Source of the DNA: a virus
Lineage: Duplodnaviria > Caudoviricetes
IMG/VR virus record: IMGVR_UViG_3300049141_000098
Location: 160,001 to 224,000 of that record
Reading direction: 5' to 3' (one strand)
Length of the DNA: 64,000 nt
The position numbers and the translations under genes are program-made. Positions 26,354 through 35,413 of this stretch are shown one piece after another. Numbering within the stretch: the first letter of the stretch is position 1; each line of letters begins with the position of its first letter. The notes below the pieces were generated by a model. The model was given only the letters and a program-made list of their open reading frames with translations. It was not told the DNA's origin and did no database searches.

Positions 26354-26890
26354 TCAGTCGTTCGGCCGCGTGCGGCCGTCCCAGACCAGGTACTTGTTGA
26401 TGTTGGTCACCTGATCCTGAAGCCATCGTCTGGCGTGTTCGGTGGCCAGCCGGACCTCCTCCGGGAGCCCCTCCACCCTGTATCCGAGGTCGCTCCCGAC
26501 CCAGGCGTACGTGACCACCTCGTCGCTGGAGTCGTAGACGTCGCCGTCCATCCGGCCGTCCATCCGGTACGAGTACTGCGCCTCTACGTCCACCGTTCCC
26601 GGCTTCCAGGAGCAGGTCAGGTGCTCCTCCGGCATCGGGGCGAACCAAGCCGCAAGGCTATCGCCGTAGCGCTCGACAACCTCCGTCATGTGCGGGCACT
26701 CCGGATCCGGCTCCTGTACGTCCATGTACGTCTTCGCCGTGGCGTAGACGTTGATCTCGAACCGGGCCTCCGGGCAGTCGTCGCTGCGGAAGCGAGCCGA
26801 GATTGCAGGACCAATCTGGATGTCACCCCCGACGTCTCCAGCGTCCTCCATGACCGGTCCGTCGAGAACCCAGTCGGCAGCCTTCTGCAT
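26354..26890 (-). CDS. Hypothetical protein
   Basis: ORF track; SD. Confidence 0.8.
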   Translation of the reverse strand: MQKAADWVLDGPVMEDAGDVGGDIQIGPAISARFRSDDCPEARFEINVYATAKTYMDVQEPDPECPHMTEVVERYGDSLAAWFAPMPEEHLTCSWKPGTVDVEAQYSYRMDGRMDGDVYDSSDEVVTYAWVGSDLGYRVEGLPEEVRLATEHARRWLQDQVTNINKYLVWDGRTRPND

Positions 26891-26910
26891 GATCTTCTCC
26901 CTTCCGTCCT

Positions 26911-27264
26911 TCAGTCTGCGTGCAGGGTGAGAACGTACGTGAAGTACGGACTTGCGCCCACGCCCTTCGGCCAGCCCTCTGCTGCCGGTGTGCGGGCGAC
27001 GTAGTTCTCCTTGAACTCCCGACCCAGCAGGGTCAGCTCCTCATCCACACCGCCATCCTTCGCCCGGTCGACCCACTCGAAGGGACCCTCTTCCCACACG
27101 ATGGCGAACGGGTAGGTGGGGGTCTCGACCACCTCGCCGTTCCGGTAGACGAACGGCTTCCAGTTCTCCACCAGCTTCGGCTCCGGCTCACCGGCGTCGA
27201 TGTAGACCTTGAACTGTTGCTTGATGCAGGCCAGGGCCTGCTCCGCCTGCTCCCTCGTGATCAC
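26911..27264 (-). CDS. Hypothetical protein
   Basis: ORF track. Confidence 0.75.
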   Translation of the reverse strand: MITREQAEQALACIKQQFKVYIDAGEPEPKLVENWKPFVYRNGEVVETPTYPFAIVWEEGPFEWVDRAKDGGVDEELTLLGREFKENYVARTPAAEGWPKGVGASPYFTYVLTLHAD

Positions 27265-27740
27265 AAGCTTCGCATCCTCTCCCCATTGAACCGCTTGCCG
27301 CGCCCCGCCTTACCATCCGGAATGACCTCGTACCAGCCGTCGAAGTACTCGCCGCCGGGGCGCATCATTCCGTCATCCATGAACTGACCCGGCTCGACGA
27401 TGCCCGTCCGGCGGTCGTAGTCCAGGACTTCCAGGTTCGGCACGATCGGCTTGCGATCCGAGGTGAAATCAGCCTTCAAGATCCGGTAACGCATGTCAGC
27501 CTCGGGGACGTGATGGATGGCGCCGACCCGGCAGCCAGCCATGAAGTAGGCGAGTCGGGTCGCCTCCATCGCCTGCATCCCGCGCTTCCACAGGTCGTGC
27601 TCGATGGCCTCAGTGGCGCCGATGACCTCACCGAATACGTTGCCGAAAGTCCGGAGGTCTCCGTCAAACTTCTTACCGAGACTCTTGATCGTCGTCGCAT
27701 CATCACCCTGCTGCGAGATCACGACGTACCGCTCGGGCAT
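27261..27740 (-). CDS. Hypothetical protein
   Basis: ATG 27740. Confidence 0.75.
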   Translation of the reverse strand: MPERYVVISQQGDDATTIKSLGKKFDGDLRTFGNVFGEVIGATEAIEHDLWKRGMQAMEATRLAYFMAGCRVGAIHHVPEADMRYRILKADFTSDRKPIVPNLEVLDYDRRTGIVEPGQFMDDGMMRPGGEYFDGWYEVIPDGKAGRGKRFNGERMRSL

Positions 27741-27914
27741 GTCACCCCTCCTCCCGAAGGGGCGGCCGGTCACTCCAGCCGCCCCAAGCGCCGTGTCAGA
27801 TGTTGTGCTTCCGGCGGATCTCGTCAGCCTGCTTGCCCAGATCCTCGCTCTTCGGGTCGGCCGCCAGCAGCAAGTCCCTCACCGTTCCATCTCCTTTCCG
27901 TATCGCCCCTCGCA

Positions 27915-27970
27915 GGCGACACTCCCGGGCGCCCGGCGCGAACCGGGCACCCTAGGGCGCCTCCCGTCAG
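27915..27970 (-). repeat. Hairpin element B1
   Basis: GGCGACACTCCC-GGGCGCCCGG..CCGGGCACCC-TAGGGCGCCTCCCGTCAG. Confidence 0.85.
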
Positions 27971-28209
27971 AGGACAGTCACCCAGCGGTGGCACGTGATG
28001 AGCACGTGGTCGTAGTCGCCGGAGGTTGCCTCGGTCTGGAAGGCGTCACCCTCCTTCTCAGCCTTCGTGCGGTCCCAGCCCTCTACGTCGATGAGGTGCC
28101 GGATCAGGCCCTTCCGGACCTTCCGGAAGATCGCAACAGCGTTGCCGTCGACCCCCGTCAGTTCCACCTCACACTCGGGGTACTTCACACCCGTCTGGTT
28201 GTCGCTCAC
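27967..28209 (-). CDS. Conserved small phage hypothetical protein
   Basis: VELTG.DGNA.AI..KV...L and SGDYDHVL pattern; bracketed by B1/B2. Confidence 0.8.
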   Translation of the reverse strand: MSDNQTGVKYPECEVELTGVDGNAVAIFRKVRKGLIRHLIDVEGWDRTKAEKEGDAFQTEATSGDYDHVLITCHRWVTVL

Positions 28210-28238
28210 GTTTCTCCCCTCTCCGTATCGCCCCTGAT

Positions 28239-28294
28239 GGCGACACTCCCGGACCGTCGACCGGAGTCGACGACCCTAGGGCGCCTCCCGTCAG
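28239..28294 (-). repeat. Hairpin element B2
   Basis: GGCGACACTCCCGG-ACCGTCGAC CGGA GTCGACGA-CCCTAGGGCGCCTCCCGTCAG. Confidence 0.85.
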
Positions 28295-28629
28295 GTCTGC
28301 GAGCCCTCCCGGATCACGTCGGCGATGAAGTCGCCCAGCTCCGCCTTGTCCTGCGGCAGCTCGCCGTCCGGCGACAGCTTCTTCAGCAGCTCCACGACCA
28401 GGTGCGCAGCCTGATCCCGTCGCAGCGCCACGGCCTGACCAGATCTCCCGTAGGGGCCGGGGTAAGGGAATGAGAACTTCCCGTGTCCGCACAGACCATC
28501 CAGGACGATGTCGAACTCCTCCACCAGCCGAGCAGCCCGCTCGTTGTGCTTGCTGCGCAGGGTCTCGGCGTACTCGGCTGCCGTGGCAACCTGCACACGC
28601 CCCTCTCTCATTCCTTCACTGGTCAGCAC
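28291..28629 (-). CDS. Hypothetical protein
   Basis: GTG 28629 after SD. Confidence 0.7.
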   Translation of the reverse strand: MLTSEGMREGRVQVATAAEYAETLRSKHNERAARLVEEFDIVLDGLCGHGKFSFPYPGPYGRSGQAVALRRDQAAHLVVELLKKLSPDGELPQDKAELGDFIADVIREGSQT

Positions 28630-28654
28630 TCTCTTCCCCTCTCCGTAAGGATTC

Positions 28655-29206
28655 TCAGTCGGTCCCGAACACCTCAGGGCGCTCAACTTTCCACTGGATC
28701 CAGACCTTGTCCGGATGCTCGGTGCCGACGTGATGCACCAGATCCATCACCTGGTCCAGACGCAGCGGACCGGGCGCCTTGGCGTACTCGTACGGAGTGC
28801 CTCGACTGGAGGGCGGACCAGGGACGAAGGTGTGGCCAGACGTCCAGGATGACTTGCCGTAACCCCAGTCGCCAGGCCCGAACTTGATGAACACCGTGGC
28901 GCTGTTGCAATCGACGTCCAGCGGCCTGGCATCCAGTTTGGTCATGTCGTATCCGTGCACGGTCTGCCAGTAGTGCCTGTGATAGGCGATGAACGAGACC
29001 AGTTGCTGCACCTCGTGATCGGTGGGTCGTTCCGCAGAGGCGAACGGCCATGGCGGATCCCATTGCTCGCCGGTGTCGGCGAGGGTTCCGAGAAAGGCGC
29101 CCGTGTAGTGCCACGTGGGCCTGAAAGATGTCACCACCGGGATGCGCAGGGCGGTGAGGGGGTCGTGTTCGAGAGCGTCCGTCCCGAATGGCCAGTTGCT
29201 CGTCAT
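28655..29206 (-). CDS. Hypothetical protein
   Basis: ORF track; CGGAAAGGGAG SD. Confidence 0.8.
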   Translation of the reverse strand: MTSNWPFGTDALEHDPLTALRIPVVTSFRPTWHYTGAFLGTLADTGEQWDPPWPFASAERPTDHEVQQLVSFIAYHRHYWQTVHGYDMTKLDARPLDVDCNSATVFIKFGPGDWGYGKSSWTSGHTFVPGPPSSRGTPYEYAKAPGPLRLDQVMDLVHHVGTEHPDKVWIQWKVERPEVFGTD

Positions 29207-29221
29207 CCTTCTCCCTTTCCG

Positions 29222-29566
29222 TCAGACCTTCGGACCGGCGAAGATCGAGAGCCCCTGTGGCGTTCCGCCTGCACCGCAGATGCCGCAGAACCCGCCGCGA
29301 TGCGCATGCGGAATCAGCTCCGGAGCCTTCTCCAGAAACTCCTCCCGAACCCATCGGAGCGGGTGGTCACCCATCTTGAACAGCTCGTAGGCGGCCGAGT
29401 ACACCCCGTCGATGCCGACCAGGTCGTAACCCCGGACGTACCCTTCCAGGAACGGGAGCCTGGAACCCGCTTCCGGATTCGACGACGTGTCAATCCGCAC
29501 GTAGTCGCCGTCCTGGTACTTCAGCGGATTGCCGTTCGGGTCCCGCCAGACCTCACGCTCACTCAC
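29222..29566 (-). CDS. Hypothetical SH3-like protein
   Basis: YQDGDYVRI...WVREEFLE pattern. Confidence 0.7.
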   Translation of the reverse strand: MSEREVWRDPNGNPLKYQDGDYVRIDTSSNPEAGSRLPFLEGYVRGYDLVGIDGVYSAAYELFKMGDHPLRWVREEFLEKAPELIPHAHRGGFCGICGAGGTPQGLSIFAGPKV

Positions 29567-29672
29567 TCGTCCCCGCCTCCGCTTGGTGATCCCTGCGATT
29601 CCGTTGTGGACACTCCTGACCCTTGATCAGGAGCTTCTTGCAGTACCGGCATCGCTCGAAGTACTTGCTCAC
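29559..29672 (-). CDS. 37-aa Cys hypothetical protein
   Basis: CRYC..C; coupled. Confidence 0.5.
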   Translation of the reverse strand: MSKYFERCRYCKKLLIKGQECPQRNRRDHQAEAGTSE

Positions 29673-29685
29673 CGACTCACCCCGT

Positions 29686-30105
29686 TCAGATCTGCCGTGT
29701 GTGCGCCGAGTTGGCGGGCAGACAAGCCGGAGTGTTCCGGTCCCACGTGAAGCATCCGTCGCAGTACGCGTCTTCGGCATCGGCGTAAGCGTGGTCATCC
29801 GGCAGTACGAGACGACCACATCCGCCCTCGCAGGGGCAGATATGAGGGGCGTTTTCCACTGCGTCGACGCGGAAATGCAGCCCCGTCCCCGTTTCCACCG
29901 ACTCTTTGCCGAGGCCCTTGCTCATGACCTGCTCGGCGTATCGGTTGGCGACCTCCGGGTGCATCCACCCATCACGGTTCCGCAGTGCCCAGTACGCGAG
30001 CGTGAACAGCCTCCCCCTGGGGAGCGGTTCGGACACCGTGGCCTTGCCGTACTTCGCCTCCCCCTCGGGGGGCTGAATGATAGACAGGACGAAACCCGCT
30101 CCCAT
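29686..30105 (-). CDS. Hypothetical protein with C-terminal Cys cluster
   Basis: ORF track. Confidence 0.7.
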   Translation of the reverse strand: MGAGFVLSIIQPPEGEAKYGKATVSEPLPRGRLFTLAYWALRNRDGWMHPEVANRYAEQVMSKGLGKESVETGTGLHFRVDAVENAPHICPCEGGCGRLVLPDDHAYADAEDAYCDGCFTWDRNTPACLPANSAHTRQI

Positions 30106-30120
30106 CGCCTTCTCCCTTCC

Positions 30121-30462
30121 CTACTGGTCCTTGATGCCGTTCAGTGCGGCGCGAGCGACGGCGGGGGGAATGTGCGCCCCCACCAGAGCGCCGTACGCCC
30201 ACAGCCACGGGTCCTGATTGACGTCGAGCACGCCGTCCATCACTCGCTGCTCCAGGTAGAAGTAGTTGAGATCGCCATACGTCCCGAGGCCCCCAGCCTC
30301 GAAGAATCCGTCCAGCAGCGTCTCCGCGTACTCCCGGAACGACTCCGCCCCCGTCTTCCAGTCGGCGGCGACCAGCTCCCGGGCCTTGTCCATGAATCCG
30401 GGGGTCTTCGTCAGCTCATCGAAGAGCACGTCCCCGAGATACCGCTGCACCCTTCCGTTCAC
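30121..30462 (-). CDS. Hypothetical protein
   Basis: GTG 30462 after CGGAAAGGAG. Confidence 0.75.
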   Translation of the reverse strand: MNGRVQRYLGDVLFDELTKTPGFMDKARELVAADWKTGAESFREYAETLLDGFFEAGGLGTYGDLNYFYLEQRVMDGVLDVNQDPWLWAYGALVGAHIPPAVARAALNGIKDQ

Positions 30463-30482
30463 CCTCTTCTCCTTTCCGTGAC

Positions 30483-30785
30483 CTACTTGAAAGCCTGGTA
30501 GGCGTGCCCTCGCGCGAACCGGCCGTCGGCGGGCCATCCGTCGTACTTGGCGGCCACGAACCGAGGCTCTTCGAGGTTTCGCGCCACCGCCCATTCTTCT
30601 GCGGCCTGCCTTGCCAGCCGGGCGGTGAGGCTGAGCCTCTCGGCAGGCGACAAGGCATCCGAGGGGCCTTCCACCTCAATCCAAACCGCTTCCCAGGCTC
30701 TTGTATCGTCCCGTGTCACCGTGGGCTGATCGTCCTCCAGCCTCACGGCCCAGCCTTCCGGGATCTCTACTCGATCAGATGTCAC
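30483..30785 (-). CDS. Hypothetical protein
   Basis: ORF track. Confidence 0.7.
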   Translation of the reverse strand: MTSDRVEIPEGWAVRLEDDQPTVTRDDTRAWEAVWIEVEGPSDALSPAERLSLTARLARQAAEEWAVARNLEEPRFVAAKYDGWPADGRFARGHAYQAFK

Positions 30786-30812
30786 GCTTGCTCCAGCCTC
30801 TTCTGATTGACC

Positions 30813-30870
30813 GGCGACACTCCCGGACCCCCGGCGCGTGGCCGGTGGCCCTAGGGCGCCTCCCGCTCAG
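30813..30870 (-). repeat. Hairpin element B3
   Basis: GGCGACACTCCCGG-ACCCCCGGC..GCCGGTGG-CCCTAGGGCGCCTCCCGCTCAG. Confidence 0.8.
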
Positions 30871-31250
30871 GAGTTGAAGATGGTCCCCCAGTATTCCTTC
30901 ATGGGGGCCGCATCCTTCAGGTCGATATGCGGCCCCTGCCGAGGCTCCGGGTCCGGACCTTCCTGGTCGTGCGTGCAGCCGACGTACTCGTCCCCATACT
31001 TCAGGCCGTGCCGAATGAACGTTCCGCACGTGGCGCAGAACTCACACGAGTCGGACTCGCCGAGGATGACGACCTCTACCGTGGTGTCGTCCCCGAGGTC
31101 CAGTTCTCCCGGGTCGTTGCTGTCGAGTCCGGCCAGCACTTTCGACGGGACGCCGATGCTCTCCAGGACGACCGTCGCACAGTGCTCGTCACCGCACAGT
31201 GCGTACGCCGTGTTGGTGTATCCAGCGTGCGTGATCAGCACCTCGTACAC
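30867..31250 (-). CDS. Hypothetical Cys-rich acidic protein
   Basis: ORF track. Confidence 0.75.
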   Translation of the reverse strand: MYEVLITHAGYTNTAYALCGDEHCATVVLESIGVPSKVLAGLDSNDPGELDLGDDTTVEVVILGESDSCEFCATCGTFIRHGLKYGDEYVGCTHDQEGPDPEPRQGPHIDLKDAAPMKEYWGTIFNS

Positions 31251-31272
31251 AGCTTCTCCTCTCCGGTCCCGG

Positions 31273-31719
31273 TCACCCGAACTGCGGGTGCACCAGGTAG
31301 GGCCTCATGTGCGTGGCGGCACAGTCGTCGCAGACCCGGCCGACGTACTGGGCGATCTCATTCCCGGCCCCCGGTCCCATGTGAGGATGGCCGCCCTTGC
31401 CATCGAAGTGGGACTCGTGCTCGCAGTTGCACCGCTCGTACACGAGACGCGCAACCCGGTCCCAGTCGAGGCGGTGGAAGGTGTCCCGGTCGAGGCACTC
31501 CTTCAGATCGAGCACCTTGCGGGCGTCGTGCGACGGCTCGGAGTTCAGGTTGAAGCCGCCGTAAGGCGCCCCAAACAGCAGGAACTCGACCCAGCAGGGG
31601 AAGAGATGCGTCTTGTCCCGTTCGTCGACCTCGATGATCCGACGAGCCCTGGCCAGCAAGGCCTTCTCGTCGTATAGCCAATTGACAAGATCGTCAATAA
31701 GCATTCCGTCCACCGTCAC
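31273..31719 (-). CDS. Hypothetical protein with C-terminal Zn motif
   Basis: CNCEH...CDDC; GTG 31719. Confidence 0.7.
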   Translation of the reverse strand: MTVDGMLIDDLVNWLYDEKALLARARRIIEVDERDKTHLFPCWVEFLLFGAPYGGFNLNSEPSHDARKVLDLKECLDRDTFHRLDWDRVARLVYERCNCEHESHFDGKGGHPHMGPGAGNEIAQYVGRVCDDCAATHMRPYLVHPQFG

Positions 31720-31765
31720 CCGTTCTCCCCTTTCCATGTCACCACTCGCGACATCCGCGTGCGGC

Positions 31766-32137
31766 CTACTTGATTTCGTGGTTGACCGGGAGGATGACGG
31801 CTCCCTCGGGGTCTCCGATCTCCCGGTACTCACCATCCCCGAGCCAGGGCGTGTACCTCATGTGGACACCCTGTTTGCCGTCATACTTGGCGACTGCGCT
31901 GCACTCGCGCCTGAGCTGGGAGCCGATGTCGGCCCGCCCCCAGACGGCCGCCTCGATCTCGTGCACGACGGGGTTCTGGTGCACCATCACCCGCAGAGCG
32001 AAGTCGGCAGCGTCCAGCGCTGTCATCGGCCGGGGCAGGTCCACGACGCCCTCGATCCGGAAGTCGTACACCCGACTCCCATCCTTGTTGACGCCGTTGA
32101 TGATCACTCGCCACGTGTCCTGCTTGCGGTCACTCAC
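31766..32137 (-). CDS. Hypothetical protein
   Basis: ORF track. Confidence 0.7.
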   Translation of the reverse strand: MSDRKQDTWRVIINGVNKDGSRVYDFRIEGVVDLPRPMTALDAADFALRVMVHQNPVVHEIEAAVWGRADIGSQLRRECSAVAKYDGKQGVHMRYTPWLGDGEYREIGDPEGAVILPVNHEIK

Positions 32138-32140
32138 AAA

Positions 32141-32308
32141 TCAATCCTCCGGCTCGGCGACGATCGCAGCGATACGCTTCAACTTGTCGGCTGACAAGTC
32201 CTTCCACTTGGTCTCGCCGGTTGCCGTCGTCAGCTTGATTTTCCCGCCGTTGTCCAGGTCCCCGAGGTCCCGGATCAGAGCGGCTCCGTAGTTGAACTCG
32301 TCACCCAT
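32141..32308 (-). CDS. 55-aa hypothetical protein
   Basis: Read by eye; IKL...TGETKW motif like 43718-43909. Confidence 0.6.
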   Translation of the reverse strand: MGDEFNYGAALIRDLGDLDNGGKIKLTTATGETKWKDLSADKLKRIAAIVAEPED

Positions 32309-32341
32309 CGTTCCCGTTCTCCATTCCGTGTCCGGCGTGCA

Positions 32342-32376
32342 CGTCAGTGGCCGATCCCGGAGGACCGGCCACTGAC
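32342..32376 (-). terminator. Intergenic hairpin
   Basis: GTCAGTGGCCG/CGGCCACTGAC inverted repeat. Confidence 0.55.
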
Positions 32377-32385
32377 GAACTCGTC

Positions 32386-32395
32386 GGCCTAGGCC
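32386..32395. promoter_or_regulatory. Palindrome C7 GGCCTAGGCC
   Basis: Intergenic; preceded by TACCTT on minus strand. Confidence 0.75.
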
Positions 32396-32449
32396 AAGGT
32401 ATCAGACCTTGGTTGCTTGTTCGTGACCCTTGACCGAACTGTGTTCTGG

Positions 32450-32719
32450 TCAGAAGTCGTTGCGCGTCCTAATGTGCAGCGCCCCCGTGTTTCGGCTGCG
32501 CATCACGACCTTGCCGGGCTTGGCGTAGGTGCGCGGCTCATCTACCGTCCACACCCGCCCGTCCCGGTCCGGGTTGTTCTTGTGGTGCGACGCGACCTCC
32601 ACGACCGTGCACGGCTCCCGAGATCCGGTCTCAACCAAGTTGGTCGTGATGGTCACCGTCCCTCCCGGCACTCGCACCGTGAGGGATCCCTCCGGCAGAT
32701 CAATCTCCCGGTTATCCAT
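32450..32719 (-). CDS. Hypothetical protein
   Basis: ORF track. Confidence 0.7.
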   Translation of the reverse strand: MDNREIDLPEGSLTVRVPGGTVTITTNLVETGSREPCTVVEVASHHKNNPDRDGRVWTVDEPRTYAKPGKVVMRSRNTGALHIRTRNDF

Positions 32720-32733
32720 GCCCGTCCCTTTCG

Positions 32734-33438
32734 CTAGTACCTGCTCGGCGGCCGGAACGTGACGGTCACCCGCGCCGCCCGTCCGCCGCAGTAGGCGTTG
32801 TCCGGGTCGTACTTGGTCAGCTCGACCCCCTTGCTGGTCCGTCGGACCGTGAAGTCGTCCCCCTCCTTCGGCCAGTCAGAGCCTGTGAACAGGGACCACC
32901 CCTGCCACTTCGCCGGGGCGAACTCGATGCGCTTCCCGTCGTTCCCAGTGATCTGGCGGACGCCCCGGAACTCGTTGCAGCCGTGGCTGAACCAGTCCGC
33001 CGACCAGCCGGGCTCGACCTCGTTGACCAGATCCCGCAGCAGGGCGTAGTCACCAGGGAAGATGACGTTCGCGCCGGACACCTTCGCCCCAGACTGCTTC
33101 ACTCCCGGCTCAGCGAACACCGGACGGTACGGCTCCCGGGAATCAGGGAACTCGACCCCCGGGGGAGCCTGATCGACTTCTGGCGCCTGGGGTCCCCGAA
33201 GGAGGTGGGGGCTGCTCGACGGCCCCGGCTCGACGCTCTCGAACGGCACGAGGATGGCCGCCGCCTCCGCGCGCTGCACTTCGTAGTGACCGGCGTATCG
33301 ATGCCCCTCACCGAAGCGGACCCGGGCCAGGCCGTACGTGACGCCCTCTCGCAGGATCACCTTCACCCGGAACCCGATCACCGGGTGCCCCTCGCCAAAG
33401 CGGACCTTGGCCGTGCCGTAGACCGTGCTGTTACTCAC
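32734..33438 (-). CDS. Hypothetical protein
   Basis: GTG 33438; internal repeat ARVRFGEGH x2. Confidence 0.7.
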   Translation of the reverse strand: MSNSTVYGTAKVRFGEGHPVIGFRVKVILREGVTYGLARVRFGEGHRYAGHYEVQRAEAAAILVPFESVEPGPSSSPHLLRGPQAPEVDQAPPGVEFPDSREPYRPVFAEPGVKQSGAKVSGANVIFPGDYALLRDLVNEVEPGWSADWFSHGCNEFRGVRQITGNDGKRIEFAPAKWQGWSLFTGSDWPKEGDDFTVRRTSKGVELTKYDPDNAYCGGRAARVTVTFRPPSRY

Positions 33439-33731
33439 GTCGCTCTCCCTTCCGTTAACCAGTCTCGGGGGATGACCCGGAAGGGCTGACACCCCGGCCG
33501 CTTGGCCGCCGCCTCCCGGGCGTCGAAGAGGGTGCCGCGAATGGTGCCCATCCGGGTCAGCCGGATCGCGTACTCCTCGTCGGCCGCACAGAAGGCCCGG
33601 AATAGCATCCGAGCCTGCTCCTTGTCCTCCGCCGCCACCCAAGCGACAGAAGCAAGCATGTCGTCCTCGCCGATCCCCAGGGGTTCCCACTCCTCCGGAG
33701 ACTGGATCACAAAGCTGTCGCCCTCGCTCAC
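33435..33731 (-). CDS. Hypothetical protein
   Basis: GTG 33731 coupled; in-frame TTA at 33456-33458. Confidence 0.65.
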   Translation of the reverse strand: MSEGDSFVIQSPEEWEPLGIGEDDMLASVAWVAAEDKEQARMLFRAFCAADEEYAIRLTRMGTIRGTLFDAREAAAKRPGCQPFRVIPRDWLTEGRAT

Positions 33732-34288
33732 GTGCCCGACTTCAGCTTGTCCCGCTCGGCAACGTGGCCGAAGGTGATCGACGGGGGCGAGGCGTTGAAG
33801 TGCGGGTACAGGTGCTCGACGATGCGCACGGCGTACGCGTTCAGGGCCCGCTGCGAGTCCGGCTCGTAGGTGCCGTAGTTCACCTCGCCGTACGGGTTCG
33901 CCGTGAACACGCCCCACGTCCGCTTGCTGTCGCAGTAGGCCAGGATCGTCCCGCGCAGCCGTCCGCCGTCCGCCGTGGCGTTGAGGTACTGAACGGCCGC
34001 CACCTTGTACTCCTCGCCCGCCACGTTCACGGTGTCGCCGAGTTCGAGCACCTTGTACTCACGGTGCGACTCCAGGACCTTGATCAGCTCTTCCCGCTCG
34101 TCCGGGGTGAGGGCGATGTGACCTCCGTCCTGAACCTTGGTCCAGGATTCATCCGCATTGAGCGTACCGATCTCCAAGACCGAGTTACGCGACGTCGGCA
34201 ACCACTCCACCCGGCCGATCACCCCCAGGGTCGCCTTCGCCTTGCTGGCAACCGCCTTGCCCAGTGCGCGCGTCAGCATCTTGATCAC
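33728..34288 (-). CDS. Hypothetical protein
   Basis: ORF track; CGGAAAGGGAG SD. Confidence 0.8.
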   Translation of the reverse strand: MIKMLTRALGKAVASKAKATLGVIGRVEWLPTSRNSVLEIGTLNADESWTKVQDGGHIALTPDEREELIKVLESHREYKVLELGDTVNVAGEEYKVAAVQYLNATADGGRLRGTILAYCDSKRTWGVFTANPYGEVNYGTYEPDSQRALNAYAVRIVEHLYPHFNASPPSITFGHVAERDKLKSGT

Positions 34289-34372
34289 GTTTCTCCCTTT
34301 CCGTCATGCCCCACCACGGGGCGCGTCAGCGCCCGGCACTTGTCCGGGCGCTCCCGTGCCGCGTAGTGAAGG

Positions 34373-34624
34373 TCAGTCCCGATTCGCGTCGTCGGGGTCG
34401 ATGCCGTTCTCCTCCAGCAGCGCCCGCAGTTGGGCGTTCTCCGTCCGCAGGTTGTTCTCCCGGCGCTTGCCGTTGTCCCGGGCGTAGATGTCGGCAACCA
34501 TCAGCTCGATCTCCGGGTCCCGGTCCGGATCCTCGGGGTCGGGCGTGTAGGCGATCGGCCGCTCGTACCCGGGGTTCTCCTCACGGTATTTCCAGTCCAT
34601 CATGTCGTCGTAGTCCGGTCGCAT
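34373..34624 (-). CDS. Hypothetical protein
   Basis: ORF track. Confidence 0.7.
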   Translation of the reverse strand: MRPDYDDMMDWKYREENPGYERPIAYTPDPEDPDRDPEIELMVADIYARDNGKRRENNLRTENAQLRALLEENGIDPDDANRD

Positions 34625-34642
34625 GTCAGCGTCTCCCTTCCG

Positions 34643-35143
34643 TCACCACTTGTTGCCACGGTTGAACCAGACCAGCGTGCCGCCGGGCTGCGTGGGGGCG
34701 CAGACCTCACCTTCGGCGATGCCGTTCTCGGCGTACCACTTGTGGTAGTCGTCCTCCGACGGCTCACCGCCAAGGAACACCAGCTCGATGGTGTTCTCGT
34801 TGGCATACTCCTCGGCGAGGGCGCGCCAGTCGTCGGTCGTCTCGCCCCGATAGGTCGACAGGACCGTCAGAAGCGTGGCCGGACTGAAGTCCTTGAAGCC
34901 GATGTCATCCAAGGCGCCGATCGCACCCCAGATGATGCCCTCCGTCGGCTCCTCCGCGTTGTCGCCTTCACTGACGACCTCGTTGCCGTACACCTCGTTG
35001 CACAACCACGCTCCGAGCCGTCCCGGCGTGCCCGGCGTGTTCTCCTCGGTGTCGATGGGGCACTGCTGCCACTCCTCCGCCGCCTCCGCCGCATCCCGCC
35101 AGTCCTGAACCGAGTACGCCCGTTGCGTGTCCACCGCGTTCAT
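34643..35143 (-). CDS. Acidic protein, ArdA-like antirestriction/DNA-mimic candidate
   Basis: 33 D/E vs 9 K/R in 166 aa (hand count); TYRG...DWRALAEEY...VWFNR. Confidence 0.5.
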   Translation of the reverse strand: MNAVDTQRAYSVQDWRDAAEAAEEWQQCPIDTEENTPGTPGRLGAWLCNEVYGNEVVSEGDNAEEPTEGIIWGAIGALDDIGFKDFSPATLLTVLSTYRGETTDDWRALAEEYANENTIELVFLGGEPSEDDYHKWYAENGIAEGEVCAPTQPGGTLVWFNRGNKW

Positions 35144-35173
35144 GTGTTCCGTTCTCCCTTCCGTCGGTCTTCG

Positions 35174-35389
35174 TTAATCCCGAGGGATCTTGCCCCGGTC
35201 GTCCCAGATCTCCAGCACCCGGTGCCAGGGGATCAACACCTCCGAGGCGGCGCCAGTCGGAATGATGATGCCCCGGGCGGACTCCTCCCACTTTGAAGCC
35301 GTCTCCCGTTGATCCGCCTTGCTCAAGAACGTGATCGACTTCACGCTCACCTCCGTCGGTACGACACGGACGCGCACGACTCTCGTCAT
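35174..35389 (-). CDS. Hypothetical protein
   Basis: ORF track. Confidence 0.7.
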   Translation of the reverse strand: MTRVVRVRVVPTEVSVKSITFLSKADQRETASKWEESARGIIIPTGAASEVLIPWHRVLEIWDDRGKIPRD

Positions 35390-35413
35390 GCACGCCCGAA
35401 CCGCACGGCCCGG

